Assembly (NCBI GenBank): GCA_030830205.1
Contig: JAURNL010000041.1
Location: 6,635-70,634 of the forward strand
From: Crocinitomicaceae bacterium
Lineage (GTDB): Bacteria; Bacteroidota; Bacteroidia; Flavobacteriales_D; Crocinitomicaceae
Reading direction: 5' to 3'
DNA length: 64,000 bases
The notes under the pieces were generated by a model. The model ran no database searches, had not been told where the DNA came from, and was given only the letters and a program-made list of their open reading frames with translations. Positions within the stretch are counted from its first letter, which is position 1. The number at the start of each line of letters is the position of its first letter. Position numbers and translations under genes: made by a program. Shown here one piece after another: positions 8,334 through 18,093 of this stretch.

Positions 8334-9227
8334 TTAATTCTCCATTCGGTATTGTTTTTCCATTTCTCGGTCTTCTGGGGTACTATACACACCACATTTC
8401 GGTGGTGCTTCAAATAATTTGATGACTTTAAATTGAGCTTGGATAGGCCAGTAATTTGAACTAAACCAATGTATATTGGCGTTGAATCCTTGCCACGGAG
8501 CTAGGGTAACAATAGGCGCAGATAATCCAGGGATTAATATCCAAGCTTTGTTCAAACGAATGCCAATACCAATCTGATAATTAAACTGTAGCATACCAGC
8601 CGCCAAATTAGGTTGAAAAACTTGGGGAGCTTGATATGCTGTAAACTGTTGCTGATATCCTAGCGTGTCTTGACGAACCTGGAAGTCGTAATTTAGGCCT
8701 AGACTTTGGTCTAGGAAGTGCTTGCGTACTTTTACCACAACTTTTTTTCCAAAATAAATGAGCGAGTGAGCCCTCAAACTCCCATAAAGATAACCTGTGC
8801 GCATTTGTCCACTACCACTACTCGTGCTGTAAATTTCACCAAAGGCATTTTGGTTTTCGAGTAGCGTAGTTTCAAGACCGTTGATTTGACGGTAACCGAT
8901 TCCCCAGTCAAAATAATCCATAATTCTACTTTTATGGAGTGCTTTTATAGGAGTGCCTTTCCATTTTGGAAAATGAGCCAATCCAAATTCTGCATAAAAT
9001 CCAAGTTTGGCCTCTGGCGTGATGGTAAAATCACCTCTATCTACTTGATTAACAAATAGATCGCCACGCAGTGGTTGATTGACCAACGAGTAGGTAGGAC
9101 CTATTGAAAATTGGTAACCATGGTTTTTTACTTGAAGGTAATCGTTCCCTTTTTTTTGTGATTTCTCAAAACCGCCCTGCGCCAAAAGTACAGTTGGGAA
9201 AAGAAAAAGGATCAAAATGAATCTCAT
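8334..9227 (-). CDS. hypothetical secreted protein, possibly an outer-membrane beta-barrel
   Basis: Signal peptide MRFILILFLFPTVLLAQ, followed by alternating aromatic/Gly-rich stretches. Its start codon overlaps the kmo stop (ATGA at 9224-9227). Confidence 0.6.
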   Translation of the reverse strand: MRFILILFLFPTVLLAQGGFEKSQKKGNDYLQVKNHGYQFSIGPTYSLVNQPLRGDLFVNQVDRGDFTITPEAKLGFYAEFGLAHFPKWKGTPIKALHKSRIMDYFDWGIGYRQINGLETTLLENQNAFGEIYSTSSGSGQMRTGYLYGSLRAHSLIYFGKKVVVKVRKHFLDQSLGLNYDFQVRQDTLGYQQQFTAYQAPQVFQPNLAAGMLQFNYQIGIGIRLNKAWILIPGLSAPIVTLAPWQGFNANIHWFSSNYWPIQAQFKVIKLFEAPPKCGVYSTPEDREMEKQYRMEN

Positions 9228-10591
9228 GTTTGAAAATTAAAGGTGCTACATTCTTGGAGTATTTCCTGCATTACTTCAGGACTATCCCATTTTGTTTCTA
9301 TATCAGCTTGAGCCATAATTTTATCCATAATAGCACTTTGTTTCTTGCCTTGTTCATAGGCAACGGCGTATGGTATGTTGCTAAAGGTAACTTGGCTATA
9401 CAATGGCAACCATTTGTGAGGATATAATTGATTGAATTTTGCTTCTATTTTTTTTCGGAGTAAGAAAGAGGGATCGGCAACGAGGTCCCGCATTTCAATG
9501 TAATTATCGAGTGAAAGGTCTTGAAGTGCATCGCCATTTGGTTTTCGCATTGGGCTATAGGCAGCCCAAATGGCATCCCAATCGTGATTATGCTCAAGCA
9601 TGAGTTCATTGAGTACTCTGCAATCTTCAAACCCGGCATTCATTCCTTGCCCATAAAATGGAACAGTTGCATGGGCTGCATCGCCCATAAGTCCTACTTT
9701 ACCAACGGCCCAAGGATAGCAGCGAATGATGGCTAGATTAGATAAGGGGTGATCTTCCCATTTGTCGGCGATATCGGGCATGAGGTCGTGGAAATCGGGG
9801 AAGATTGTTCTGAAAAATCGATCTATGTCTGCTTTCGTGTTGAGTTTGTCAAAGGCAAATTCATGATTTTCATGAGGCATGAAAAGCGTACAAGTAAAGG
9901 AGCCATCCTCATTAGCTAAGGCGATCATCATAAAGCGTCCTCGAGGCCAAATATGCAAAGCGTTTTTATCCATTGCATAACTTCCATCGGGTAAAGCAGG
10001 TAGTAATATTTCACGGTATCCATCTGCAATATAGTTTTGGCTATACTGAAAACGATTGAGTTTTTGCATGGAGTTGTAGCGCACGGCACTAAATGCACCG
10101 TCTGCAGCAAAAATAACATCTGCCTTGGCCTCAAAATTTTCACCCGTTTGTGTATTGCGCAAGTAAGCCACAGCATTTTGTAAATCAACTCTTAGGCACT
10201 CAGTTTGGTAGTGAATTGTCGCATTTCCATGCGTTTCAGCGATATCCATCATGGTGGCATTTACCTTCCCGCGGGAAACAGAATAAATAGCCTGGCCTTC
10301 TTTTCCGTATTGTTGGTACGTGAGTTTTCCATTAAGGTCATGCATCATGCGGCCGTGCATTGGAATAGCTATTTTACGAATTTCATCTCCCACGCCAACT
10401 GCATCAAGTGCTGTCCATCCTCTGACAGACAACGCTAGATTGATTGATTTACCTGCACTTATTTCAGCCTTACGTATATCCGATCGACGTTCGTATATAG
10501 TGACGTTGTATCCTGCCTTTGATAAATATACAGCCCATAATGATCCTACTAGTCCTGCACCGATGATAATGGCTTCTCTTTTTTGTGTCAT
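9224..10591 (-). CDS. kmo: kynurenine 3-monooxygenase (FAD-dependent)
   Basis: FAD-binding fingerprint AIIIGAGLVGSLWAVYL, and GDAAHATVPFYGQGMNAGFEDC typical of KMO. The track start at 10630 is a TTG inside a -7 box, so I use the first ATG (MTQKREA) at 10591. Confidence 0.85.
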   Translation of the reverse strand: MTQKREAIIIGAGLVGSLWAVYLSKAGYNVTIYERRSDIRKAEISAGKSINLALSVRGWTALDAVGVGDEIRKIAIPMHGRMMHDLNGKLTYQQYGKEGQAIYSVSRGKVNATMMDIAETHGNATIHYQTECLRVDLQNAVAYLRNTQTGENFEAKADVIFAADGAFSAVRYNSMQKLNRFQYSQNYIADGYREILLPALPDGSYAMDKNALHIWPRGRFMMIALANEDGSFTCTLFMPHENHEFAFDKLNTKADIDRFFRTIFPDFHDLMPDIADKWEDHPLSNLAIIRCYPWAVGKVGLMGDAAHATVPFYGQGMNAGFEDCRVLNELMLEHNHDWDAIWAAYSPMRKPNGDALQDLSLDNYIEMRDLVADPSFLLRKKIEAKFNQLYPHKWLPLYSQVTFSNIPYAVAYEQGKKQSAIMDKIMAQADIETKWDSPEVMQEILQECSTFNFQT

Positions 10592-10627
10592 GTTCACTTC
10601 TTCTTTTAAACTTAGCTGCTTCCATAA

Positions 10628-10635
10628 CAAAGGTA
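10628..10635 (-). promoter_or_regulatory. putative -7 box TACCTTTG (minus strand) upstream of kmo
   Basis: The plus strand reads caaaggta, the reverse complement of TAnnTTTG. It lies 36 nt upstream of the ATG at 10591. Confidence 0.4.
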
Positions 10636-10660
10636 AGCACTAAGGGTTTTCGAAAAACGT

Positions 10661-11608
10661 CTAATTTTCCTTTTTTAGAAACTGAATATTTCTTTGAATC
10701 CCTTTGAAATTTGTTCTTTTTAATGCACTTTTTCCAAAAAGAAAACGAAAGCTTTCTGCGGAGAGCGACTCCCATTCTTTACTTGATAGATTTAAAAATT
10801 CTGGATGGGGTTCAAATGCATCCTCTTTTTGAATTTTTGAAAAACGGTTCCATGGACAAACATCCTGACAGATATCACAACCAAATGCCCAATTTTCCAT
10901 TTTGCCCTTAAATTCGCTCGGTAAATCAGCATCTTTTAATTCAATAGTAAGGTATGAGATGCAACGTGTCGCATCTATAAGGTAAGGTGTAGCCAGGGCA
11001 TCTGTAGGACAAGCATCAATACAGCGCGTACACGTCCCACAGTAATCTTTAATTGGTCCGTCAGGGGTAATTTCTAAATCGACAAACAATTCAGCAATAA
11101 AGAAAAAGCTTCCATTCTTCGGTTCGATTAGGTTCGTGTTTTTTCCTATCCACCCTAATCCTGCTTTTTTGGCCCACACTTTGTCCATTACAGGTGCTGA
11201 ATCCACAAAAGCTCTTCCTTGAATATCCCCAATTTGCGTACGTAATGTAGTAAGCAATTCTTTCAGCTTTTCCTTGATAACGTAGTGGTAATCTTTACCG
11301 TACGCGTATTTGGCTATTTTAGGTGCTTGATCATCGTGCTGCGTTTGTGCGGGATAATAATTGAGTAATAAGGAGATGATAGTTTTAGTTCCGGGTTCGA
11401 GCAACCTGGGGTCAAGTCTTTTGTCAAAGTGGTTCGCCATGTAAGCCATCTTACCATGGTAGTTTTGTTGCAACCATTGTTCAAGTTTGGGTGCTTCCTC
11501 TTCAAGAAAGTCAGCTTTGGCAAAGCCTACATGGAAAAACCCTAGTGCTTGTGCGCTATCGATGATCAGTTTTTTATACTGGTCGTGCTTCATATTAGAA
11601 GAGTCCAC
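10661..11608 (-). CDS. queG: tRNA epoxyqueuosine(34) reductase
   Basis: Two ferredoxin-type clusters, [15 protein letters not shown] and [11 protein letters not shown], plus a QueG-like N-terminal domain. An alternative start at 11593 would remove the 14-nt overlap with ruvB. Confidence 0.88.
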   Translation of the reverse strand: MDSSNMKHDQYKKLIIDSAQALGFFHVGFAKADFLEEEAPKLEQWLQQNYHGKMAYMANHFDKRLDPRLLEPGTKTIISLLLNYYPAQTQHDDQAPKIAKYAYGKDYHYVIKEKLKELLTTLRTQIGDIQGRAFVDSAPVMDKVWAKKAGLGWIGKNTNLIEPKNGSFFFIAELFVDLEITPDGPIKDYCGTCTRCIDACPTDALATPYLIDATRCISYLTIELKDADLPSEFKGKMENWAFGCDICQDVCPWNRFSKIQKEDAFEPHPEFLNLSSKEWESLSAESFRFLFGKSALKRTNFKGIQRNIQFLKKEN

Positions 11609-12617
11609 CTTGTGCCCAACCTAAGTCTTTGCCAAGATGCTTGTAGCTTTTTTCAGTGGCTTTGCGGCCACGCGGTGTCCGCATTAAAAAACCTTCTTGA
11701 ATTAAAAATGGTTCATAAACCTCCTCAAGAGTGCCTGCATTTTCGCCAATTGCAGTAGCGATAGTACTCAAGCCTACTGGGCCACCATTGAATTTATCAA
11801 TAAGTACCTTTAGAATTCGAAGATCCATTTCGTCTAAGCCATTCGCATCGACGTTGAGCGCTTTGAGTGCAATCTCAGTAATGTCGTCATCTATACGGCC
11901 AGATCCTTTGATTTGTGCAAAATCGCGCACACGCCTAAGCAATGCGTTGGCAATACGAGGCGTACCTCGGCTCCTGCTTGCAATTTTGAATGCGGCACTT
12001 TCCTCAATTCCAATATGAAGCAAAGTAGCAGAACGTTCTACAATGGCGGTTAATGTTTGAGAGTCGTAGTATTCAAGTCGGGCATTAATGCCAAAGCGCG
12101 CACGCAACGGAGATGTTAGTAAGCCAGAACGAGTAGTTGCACCAATAAGTGTAAAAGGATTCAGGTTGATTTGAATACTTCTGGCATTTGCTCCAGAGTC
12201 TAACATGATGTCGATAACGTAATCTTCCATTGCAGAATATAAATATTCTTCAATGACTGGACTGAGTCTGTGGATCTCATCTATAAATAAAACATCACCT
12301 TCACCTAAATTGGTAAGCAATCCCGCTAAATCTCCTGCTTTATCTAAAACAGGCCCTGAGGTCACTTTAAAGCCAACACCTAACTCATTCGCAATAATAT
12401 TGGCAAGTGTGGTTTTGCCGAGTCCGGGAGGTCCATGGAGCAATACATGATCGAGAGGCTCTTTTCTGAGTTGTGCAGCGCGAACAAATACCTCTAGGTT
12501 TTCTACAACAGACGGCTGACCAGCAAAATCTTGCAGGGATTTTGGACGCAAGACCTTATCTAGCTCTTGTTCGATTTGGCCATTTGTTTCTTCTCGGTAG
12601 TCGAATGTTTCCTCCAT
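11595..12617 (-). CDS. ruvB: Holliday junction branch migration helicase RuvB
   Basis: Walker [15 protein letters not shown], Walker [10 protein letters not shown], and a conserved RuvB C-terminal winged helix. Confidence 0.97.
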   Translation of the reverse strand: MEETFDYREETNGQIEQELDKVLRPKSLQDFAGQPSVVENLEVFVRAAQLRKEPLDHVLLHGPPGLGKTTLANIIANELGVGFKVTSGPVLDKAGDLAGLLTNLGEGDVLFIDEIHRLSPVIEEYLYSAMEDYVIDIMLDSGANARSIQINLNPFTLIGATTRSGLLTSPLRARFGINARLEYYDSQTLTAIVERSATLLHIGIEESAAFKIASRSRGTPRIANALLRRVRDFAQIKGSGRIDDDITEIALKALNVDANGLDEMDLRILKVLIDKFNGGPVGLSTIATAIGENAGTLEEVYEPFLIQEGFLMRTPRGRKATEKSYKHLGKDLGWAQGGLF

Positions 12618-12623
12618 TGTTTA

Positions 12624-12631
12624 CAAAAATA
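12624..12631 (-). promoter_or_regulatory. putative -7 box TATTTTTG (minus strand), 6 nt before the ruvB ATG
   Basis: The plus strand reads caaaaata at 12624-12631. The ruvB ATG occupies 12615-12617. Confidence 0.45.
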
Positions 12632-12650
12632 ACAATTTGTTGAAGCTAGC

Positions 12651-13361
12651 TTATTGCCAAGCATCAAGTAATTGTAACAAGTTGGTAAAATGAAAATCTG
12701 CAACGGTAAGTCGCGGATTTGGAAAATGTGTTTTTTCAGGAATACAACAAACTTTCATTTGAGCCGAAAGACCTGCAAGCACGCCATTAAAAGAATCCTC
12801 AATCACCAGGCATCTTTGAGGAGCTACATGAAGTGCTGAAGCCACTTGGATATAAACGCCGGGGTGTGGTTTTCCGTGGGGTTCAAATTCCGCAGAATAG
12901 GTGAAGTCAAAATAAGAACCAATTCCAAGACTATCTAGCACTGTCTCGATTAGTTTTTGTGAAGAGGAGGTCGCTAAGCCAATTTTTTTATTCTTCGATC
13001 GAAGAAAACTCAGTATTTCAATTACACCAGGTAGCGGGTGCGGAGCTTGCTGGATCAGAAAAATAAGTTTTGTGATAATTTGATTTTCTACGAGTTGAAG
13101 GTCCGTAAGTCCCCATTTTTCATGGGTGTTCCAAAAGGAAATTACTTGGTCAATGCGTAAACCAACTGTTTTCTGAAAATCTTGGTGCGTAAGTGTAGAA
13201 CCATATTGCCCAAACACATGTTCCATGGCAATTTTCCAAAGTGGTTCTGAATCGATAAGTACGCCGTCCATATCGAAGATGACGGCATCAAAATCTGAGA
13301 GTATGGGTTGAATTTCAGGTTGGCTCATGGAAGAAGCGAATTGTTTCAATCTTGCGTTCAC
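12651..13361 (-). CDS. HAD-superfamily hydrolase (beta-phosphoglucomutase / sugar-phosphatase subfamily IA)
   Basis: The DxD motif AVIFDMDGVLIDSEP is present, with GLATSS and IEDSFNGVLAG motifs. The alternative start MSQPEI at 13328 is probably the real one. Confidence 0.85.
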   Translation of the reverse strand: MNARLKQFASSMSQPEIQPILSDFDAVIFDMDGVLIDSEPLWKIAMEHVFGQYGSTLTHQDFQKTVGLRIDQVISFWNTHEKWGLTDLQLVENQIITKLIFLIQQAPHPLPGVIEILSFLRSKNKKIGLATSSSQKLIETVLDSLGIGSYFDFTYSAEFEPHGKPHPGVYIQVASALHVAPQRCLVIEDSFNGVLAGLSAQMKVCCIPEKTHFPNPRLTVADFHFTNLLQLLDAWQ

Positions 13362-14574
13362 TCATCTTCTCGACTACCAAACGGTAGTCACCTATATTTA
13401 CTTCATCGCCCTCTGCCGGTAGCCTTTCCAGGTGACTTAGAATTAAACCAGCTAGTGTATCGTAAGATTCGGATTCTTGTAATTGAAAACCGTATTGTTC
13501 ATTGAGGTAGTCTATGTCAATACGTGCAGCAAAAAGGTATTCTTTTGGTGAAATTTGTTGTTCAATGAGTACTTCCTTGTCGTGTTCATCTTGGATTTCT
13601 CCAAAAATTTCTTCGATGACATCCTCTAAGGTTATAATTCCTGCCGTACCTCCATATTCATCTGTGACAACAGCAAAGTTTCCAACTTGGTTAGTAAATT
13701 TTTCGAGCAGTTCCTTTCCGCTCATCACTGTTGGCACAAAAGTAATGGGCTTCAGAATCTGTTTAATGGATTGTGGTTTTTTAAATAAATCAAATGAGTG
13801 TATGTAACCGATAATGTTATCGATGTCGTCGCGATAAACGATTAATTTGGATAATCCTTTTGAGGTCAAGAGTGTTTTGGCCTCATCGATGCTATCTTGA
13901 ATATCAACAGCAATTATTTCTGGCCTTGGGATCATGCAATCTCTTGCTTTTACATGAGAAAAATCCAGTGCATTTCGCAACAATAGCATGTCGTTGCCAT
14001 GCTCTTCTTCATTGTTTAAGTTCGCACTGAGTTCATCCACATAATTCTCTAAATCAATTTTTGAAAATACCCTTTGTTGTTGTTCTTTTGCAACTCCAAA
14101 AAGAAAGAGAAATCCAGAGCTTACCCAAACAATCAAAAGCGTAGGTAAAAAGAGAACGGCATAAAAAATCAATAGCGGATATAGGCCATAATCAAGGGCT
14201 TTGTTAGGATTGAGCTGAACAAGTGTTTTAGGCAGGAATTCTGCAGTGATGAGCACCAGCAGTGTAGACAATAGGGTTTGTAAAACGAGTTGTAAATTTT
14301 GATCCTGAATTCCAATTGAATGTAATGCTGGACCCAATTGAGCAGCTGCAGCTATACCGTATAAAACGAGTGCAATATTATTACCCAAGAGCAATAATGC
14401 AATCATGTTACTTTCTTTCCGATAGAAAAGCGTAAGTATGCTAGATTGAAAAGTATTTGCTTTTTTGAGAACTTCTATGCGTAGGCGATTGGCAGAAATA
14501 TAAGCCAATTCCATTGCTGAAAAATAGGCTGAGCAGATTAGTGAACAAATGATCAGCGTAAAATTGAGGTCCAT
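13315..14574 (-). CDS. hemolysin-family / CNNM-type protein (DUF21 membrane domain, CBS pair, CorC_HlyC domain); GldE-like
   Basis: Four N-terminal TM helices, a CBS region, and ITLEDVIEEIFGEIQDEHD at the CBS/CorC junction. No gldD neighbour, so I do not call it gldE. Confidence 0.8.
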   Translation of the reverse strand: MDLNFTLIICSLICSAYFSAMELAYISANRLRIEVLKKANTFQSSILTLFYRKESNMIALLLLGNNIALVLYGIAAAAQLGPALHSIGIQDQNLQLVLQTLLSTLLVLITAEFLPKTLVQLNPNKALDYGLYPLLIFYAVLFLPTLLIVWVSSGFLFLFGVAKEQQQRVFSKIDLENYVDELSANLNNEEEHGNDMLLLRNALDFSHVKARDCMIPRPEIIAVDIQDSIDEAKTLLTSKGLSKLIVYRDDIDNIIGYIHSFDLFKKPQSIKQILKPITFVPTVMSGKELLEKFTNQVGNFAVVTDEYGGTAGIITLEDVIEEIFGEIQDEHDKEVLIEQQISPKEYLFAARIDIDYLNEQYGFQLQESESYDTLAGLILSHLERLPAEGDEVNIGDYRLVVEKMSERKIETIRFFHEPT

Positions 14575-14579
14575 GCCGC

Positions 14580-15860
14580 TTATTTTTCTAAGACATCTTT
14601 ACCGATATCTTTTCGGTAATAGGCATCATCAAAAGAGATTTTTGAAATTGACTCGTAACTGCGTTCAAGCGCACTTTCGATGTTTTTTCCATAAGAAGTA
14701 ACCGCAAGCACTCTACCTCCATTAGAAACGACTGAAGGTCCATCAGCTAATGTTCCTGCATGAAAAACTAAACTTTCTGTGATGCTATTGAGACCGTATA
14801 TCGTCTTTCCTTTTTCGTAGGTGCCTGGATATCCGCCAGCAACCATCATGACGGTAGCAGCACTTTTATCGTGAAATTGGATATCTCTTTCAGATAGGGT
14901 ATGTGTAGCTACACCTTCGAACAAGTCAAGTATGTCGCTTTTGATACGAGGCATTACTACTTCAGTTTCTGGATCGCCCATTCGGCAATTGTATTCTATT
15001 ACGTAAGGGTCGCCTTTGACATTAATGAGACCAAAAAAGACAAAACCATTATAGGTGATTTGTTCTGATTTAAGTCCTTTAATGGTCGGAATTACAATGC
15101 GATTAAGCACCTTATCCATAAATGCGGCATCAGCAAATGGGACGGGTGAAATAGCTCCCATTCCACCAGTATTCAGTCCGGTATCACCTTCACCAATTCT
15201 TTTATAATCTTTAGCTTCTGGTAATAATTTAAAAGACTCACCGTCAGTAATAGCAAAAACAGATAATTCAATTCCGCTTAAGAATTGTTCAATTACTACT
15301 TTTGCACTTGCTTCGCCAAATTTGGCTTCGAGAAGCATTTCTTCTAATTCTCGTTTTGCTTCATTGAGGTCTTCTATAATCAAAACACCTTTACCAGCTG
15401 CCAGACCGTCAGCCTTGAGGACATACGGACCTTTCATTGCATCTAAAAAGCGCAGGCCTTCTGTAAGTGTGTTTGCATCAAATGTTCCGTATTTTGCGGT
15501 GGGAATTCGGTGCCGAGACATAAATGCCTTGGCGAAATCTTTACTTCCTTCTAATTGGGCTCCTTCTTTACTTGGGCCAATTAAACCTACATTTTTAAGT
15601 TCAGTGTCTTTTTTGAAGTAGTCATAAATCCCTAAAACAAGGGGTTCCTCTGGACCTACTACGACCATATCGATCGCATGCTGAAGTACGGCAAGCTTGA
15701 TAGCTTCGAAGTCATTGAGTTTGATATCGAGGTTTTTGCCGTGTTTTTTGGTTCCAGCATTACCGGGTGCGATAAATAATTCGTCGAGGATGGAGCTTTG
15801 TGCAATTTTCCAAGCAATGGCGTGTTCGCGGCCGCCTGAACCGAGTAGAAGAACTCTCAT
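14580..15860 (-). CDS. purD: phosphoribosylamine-glycine ligase
   Basis: MRVLLLGSGGREHAIAWK N-terminus and an ATP-grasp body. The ATG at 15858-15860 overlaps the purQ stop (ATGA). Confidence 0.95.
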   Translation of the reverse strand: MRVLLLGSGGREHAIAWKIAQSSILDELFIAPGNAGTKKHGKNLDIKLNDFEAIKLAVLQHAIDMVVVGPEEPLVLGIYDYFKKDTELKNVGLIGPSKEGAQLEGSKDFAKAFMSRHRIPTAKYGTFDANTLTEGLRFLDAMKGPYVLKADGLAAGKGVLIIEDLNEAKRELEEMLLEAKFGEASAKVVIEQFLSGIELSVFAITDGESFKLLPEAKDYKRIGEGDTGLNTGGMGAISPVPFADAAFMDKVLNRIVIPTIKGLKSEQITYNGFVFFGLINVKGDPYVIEYNCRMGDPETEVVMPRIKSDILDLFEGVATHTLSERDIQFHDKSAATVMMVAGGYPGTYEKGKTIYGLNSITESLVFHAGTLADGPSVVSNGGRVLAVTSYGKNIESALERSYESISKISFDDAYYRKDIGKDVLEK

Positions 15861-16546
15861 GAACAATGTGCTAAAATAGATTCAAAAATTCGGAGGCCAT
15901 CAGTATTATTTAAGTGTTGGTCTGCTGCCCGTTCTGGATGGGGCATCATGCCAAAAACATTTTTTCCTTTGTTGGTAATTCCGGCTATGTGTTCAAGAGA
16001 TCCGTTTGGATTGTTTTGTGCATCTTGACTCCCATCTGCAGCGCAATAAGTGAATAAAATCTGATCATTGGCCTTTAAGGAAGCCATAGTGGCAGCATCT
16101 GCATAAAAACGCCCTTCTCCGTGGGCAATAGGGATTTGATAGGTTTGATTCGAAGGTAGATCGATGGTTGGTGCAGCTGTTTTACTTACTGGTTTGAGGA
16201 AAACGTTTTTACAAATGAACTTTTGAGAGTCGTTGTGTAAGAGGGCGCCCTCTAAAAGCCCAGATTCTGTCAGAATTTGAAATCCATTGCAAATTCCCAT
16301 CACGTATCCGCCATTATTGGCGTGGGCGATTACTGATTCCATTATTGGTGAGAATTTGGCAATAGCACCTGATCTCAGATAATCTCCGTAGGAAAATCCA
16401 CCAGGAATCACAATAAAATCAGCCCCTTTTAAATCGGTGTCTTTGTGCCAGAGCTCAACTACTTCTTGACCCATTAAATCTTTGAGTACATAGACCATAT
16501 CTTGGTCGCAATTTGATCCTGGAAATGTTACAACGCCGAATTTCAT
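15857..16546 (-). CDS. purQ: phosphoribosylformylglycinamidine synthase, glutaminase subunit
   Basis: MKFGVVTFPGSNCD, the catalytic Cys in VMGICNGFQIL, and MMPHPERA. Confidence 0.93.
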   Translation of the reverse strand: MKFGVVTFPGSNCDQDMVYVLKDLMGQEVVELWHKDTDLKGADFIVIPGGFSYGDYLRSGAIAKFSPIMESVIAHANNGGYVMGICNGFQILTESGLLEGALLHNDSQKFICKNVFLKPVSKTAAPTIDLPSNQTYQIPIAHGEGRFYADAATMASLKANDQILFTYCAADGSQDAQNNPNGSLEHIAGITNKGKNVFGMMPHPERAADQHLNNTDGLRIFESILAHCS

Positions 16547-16566
16547 TTTTGCTTATTAAGTTGGTT

Positions 16567-16574
16567 CAAAGTTA
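16567..16574 (-). promoter_or_regulatory. putative -7 box TAACTTTG (minus strand), 20 nt upstream of purQ
   Basis: The plus strand reads caaagtta in the 42-bp gap upstream of purQ. Confidence 0.4.
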
Positions 16575-16588
16575 GTAAAAGTCTAGGC

Positions 16589-17548
16589 TCAAAATGTAAA
16601 AAGTACAAATTTTAGCAAGGAAAAGACAAATAATAAGTAGTAAAATAGGTGTGAGCTAATTCCAAGGCTACTACTCAGTAGGGCATAAGAAAAATAAAAG
16701 GAGAATGGGATAACTACTAGACTTAAAAACCCAAATTGACCTGTAAAAAAGAATCCAGTTGTTCCGATTAACAACACATAAAATAAGTATAGAGTGAGGA
16801 CCTGGGTTTGTTTTTTAAGTTTTAATGAGGCCTTGAGTAATCGGGCACGAAGACCAAAAAGACTAAAAATGAGAATGAGCCCGAACCATAAAAAAATAGT
16901 ATAGTCTTGCCAATTTGGCCAATAAAACTTCATTTTTGGAATAAAATGTAAACCAACGAGTCCATTACTGAAAAAATAAAAGCTCAGCAAACCCCCGAGT
17001 GGCATTAAAAAACCGATAACAATCAAGACTAATTCTCGCCAAAAAAGACCTCGGATGGAGATAAACATAAAGATCAACAGCGGTAAGAGCAGAACGAAGC
17101 TGGTTTCAAAATAAACGCTCAAACCAAAAACAAAACTTGCATTGAATGCTGTTTTCTTTGCGATTTGTTGTGGTTTTATACCTAAAAATAAACCTAGTCC
17201 AATTATAGAGAAAAATTGAGCAACTAAAAGCCAGCTCGGCTCTCCCCAAGAGTGAAAAAAACTTTCAAAAATCAAGTAGTTTAGACTAATGATAAAAGTG
17301 TTTTTTTCTAAAAATTCACGACTGTTAAACACCCAATTGAGCGCAACAGCATTGAGTAAGAGCATGATGAAATGCGCCATAAGGTGCGCTGCTGGCATTT
17401 CTGCCAAATAGGGAATGAGTTGCTCTACTTGAATGGACGGGCCGAATACTGGGTTGTATCCGAAGAAATAACCAATTGTATACAAAGCAAGTATCAACGG
17501 CAACAAAAGTACTACGCCAACACGGTTGCCTAAAAACAATCTAATCAT
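16589..17548 (-). CDS. hypothetical polytopic inner-membrane protein
   Basis: About 9 hydrophobic helices and no motif I recognise. The track start at 17554 is a TTG lying within the -7 box, so I use the ATG at 17548 (MIRLFLG). Confidence 0.6.
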   Translation of the reverse strand: MIRLFLGNRVGVVLLLPLILALYTIGYFFGYNPVFGPSIQVEQLIPYLAEMPAAHLMAHFIMLLLNAVALNWVFNSREFLEKNTFIISLNYLIFESFFHSWGEPSWLLVAQFFSIIGLGLFLGIKPQQIAKKTAFNASFVFGLSVYFETSFVLLLPLLIFMFISIRGLFWRELVLIVIGFLMPLGGLLSFYFFSNGLVGLHFIPKMKFYWPNWQDYTIFLWFGLILIFSLFGLRARLLKASLKLKKQTQVLTLYLFYVLLIGTTGFFFTGQFGFLSLVVIPFSFYFSYALLSSSLGISSHLFYYLLFVFSLLKFVLFTF

Positions 17549-17551
17549 ATT

Positions 17552-17559
17552 CAAAAATA
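17552..17559 (-). promoter_or_regulatory. putative -7 box TATTTTTG (minus strand), 3 nt before the ATG at 17548
   Basis: The plus strand reads caaaaata at 17552-17559. Confidence 0.45.
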
Positions 17560-17688
17560 GTACTAAACATGCAGGACAGCCTTCTCTTGTGAATAAGTCT
17601 GTGCGATTGTTTAAAAAGAAGATAACTTCTTGTTAAATGCATGTAATTAAACTTGTGTAAAACGCAAAAAACAATATATTTGCTATCC

Positions 17689-17696
17689 TAATTTTG
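17689..17696 (+). promoter_or_regulatory. putative -7 box TAATTTTG, 13 nt upstream of the dksA-like gene
   Basis: Exact TAnnTTTG match in the 155-bp divergent intergenic region. Confidence 0.4.
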
Positions 17697-17709
17697 AAAA
17701 CAGTTCATC

Positions 17710-18090
17710 ATGGATAAGCCAAAAAACCGATACTCAGATAAAGAATTGGAAGAATTCAAAACCCTCATCCAGAATAAACTCCAAGAGGCTCATGAAGATT
17801 TGATCTTATTAAAAGGATCGCTGTCTCATACGGATGATCATGGCACAGACGACACCGGACGTACCTTTAACATGATGGAGGATGGGTCAGAAACGCTTTC
17901 AAGAGAAGAAGTAGCACAACTTGCTGCACGTCAAGAGAAATTTATCCAAAGCCTCAATGCTGCCCTTATGCGCATCGAGAATAAGACATACGGAGTATGT
18001 CGAGTTACAGGACAGCTCATTCCAAAGGAGCGTCTTCGATTAGTACCACATGCGACTATGAGTATTGATGCCAAAAACGCCCAAAAGTAA
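17710..18090 (+). CDS. DksA/TraR-family protein with a degenerate zinc finger
   Basis: 126 aa, with a coiled-coil region and the C-terminal YGVCRVTGQLIPKERLRLVPHATMSIDAK. Only one Cys is present where the canonical family has four. Confidence 0.75.
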   Translation: MDKPKNRYSDKELEEFKTLIQNKLQEAHEDLILLKGSLSHTDDHGTDDTGRTFNMMEDGSETLSREEVAQLAARQEKFIQSLNAALMRIENKTYGVCRVTGQLIPKERLRLVPHATMSIDAKNAQK

Positions 18091-18093
18091 AGT

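Noticed and set aside
10628-10630. TTG start codons used by the track at 10630, 17554, 24114 and 62075
   Set aside because: In each case the TTG is the reverse-complement CAA of a CAAAnnTA (-7 box) motif. The next in-frame ATG, 3-39 nt downstream, is the more plausible start.
13315-14574. Calling the DUF21-CBS-CorC protein gldE
   Set aside because: The architecture fits GldE, but it equally fits generic CNNM/hemolysin-family proteins, and there is no gldD neighbour. I kept the family name and gave no gene symbol.
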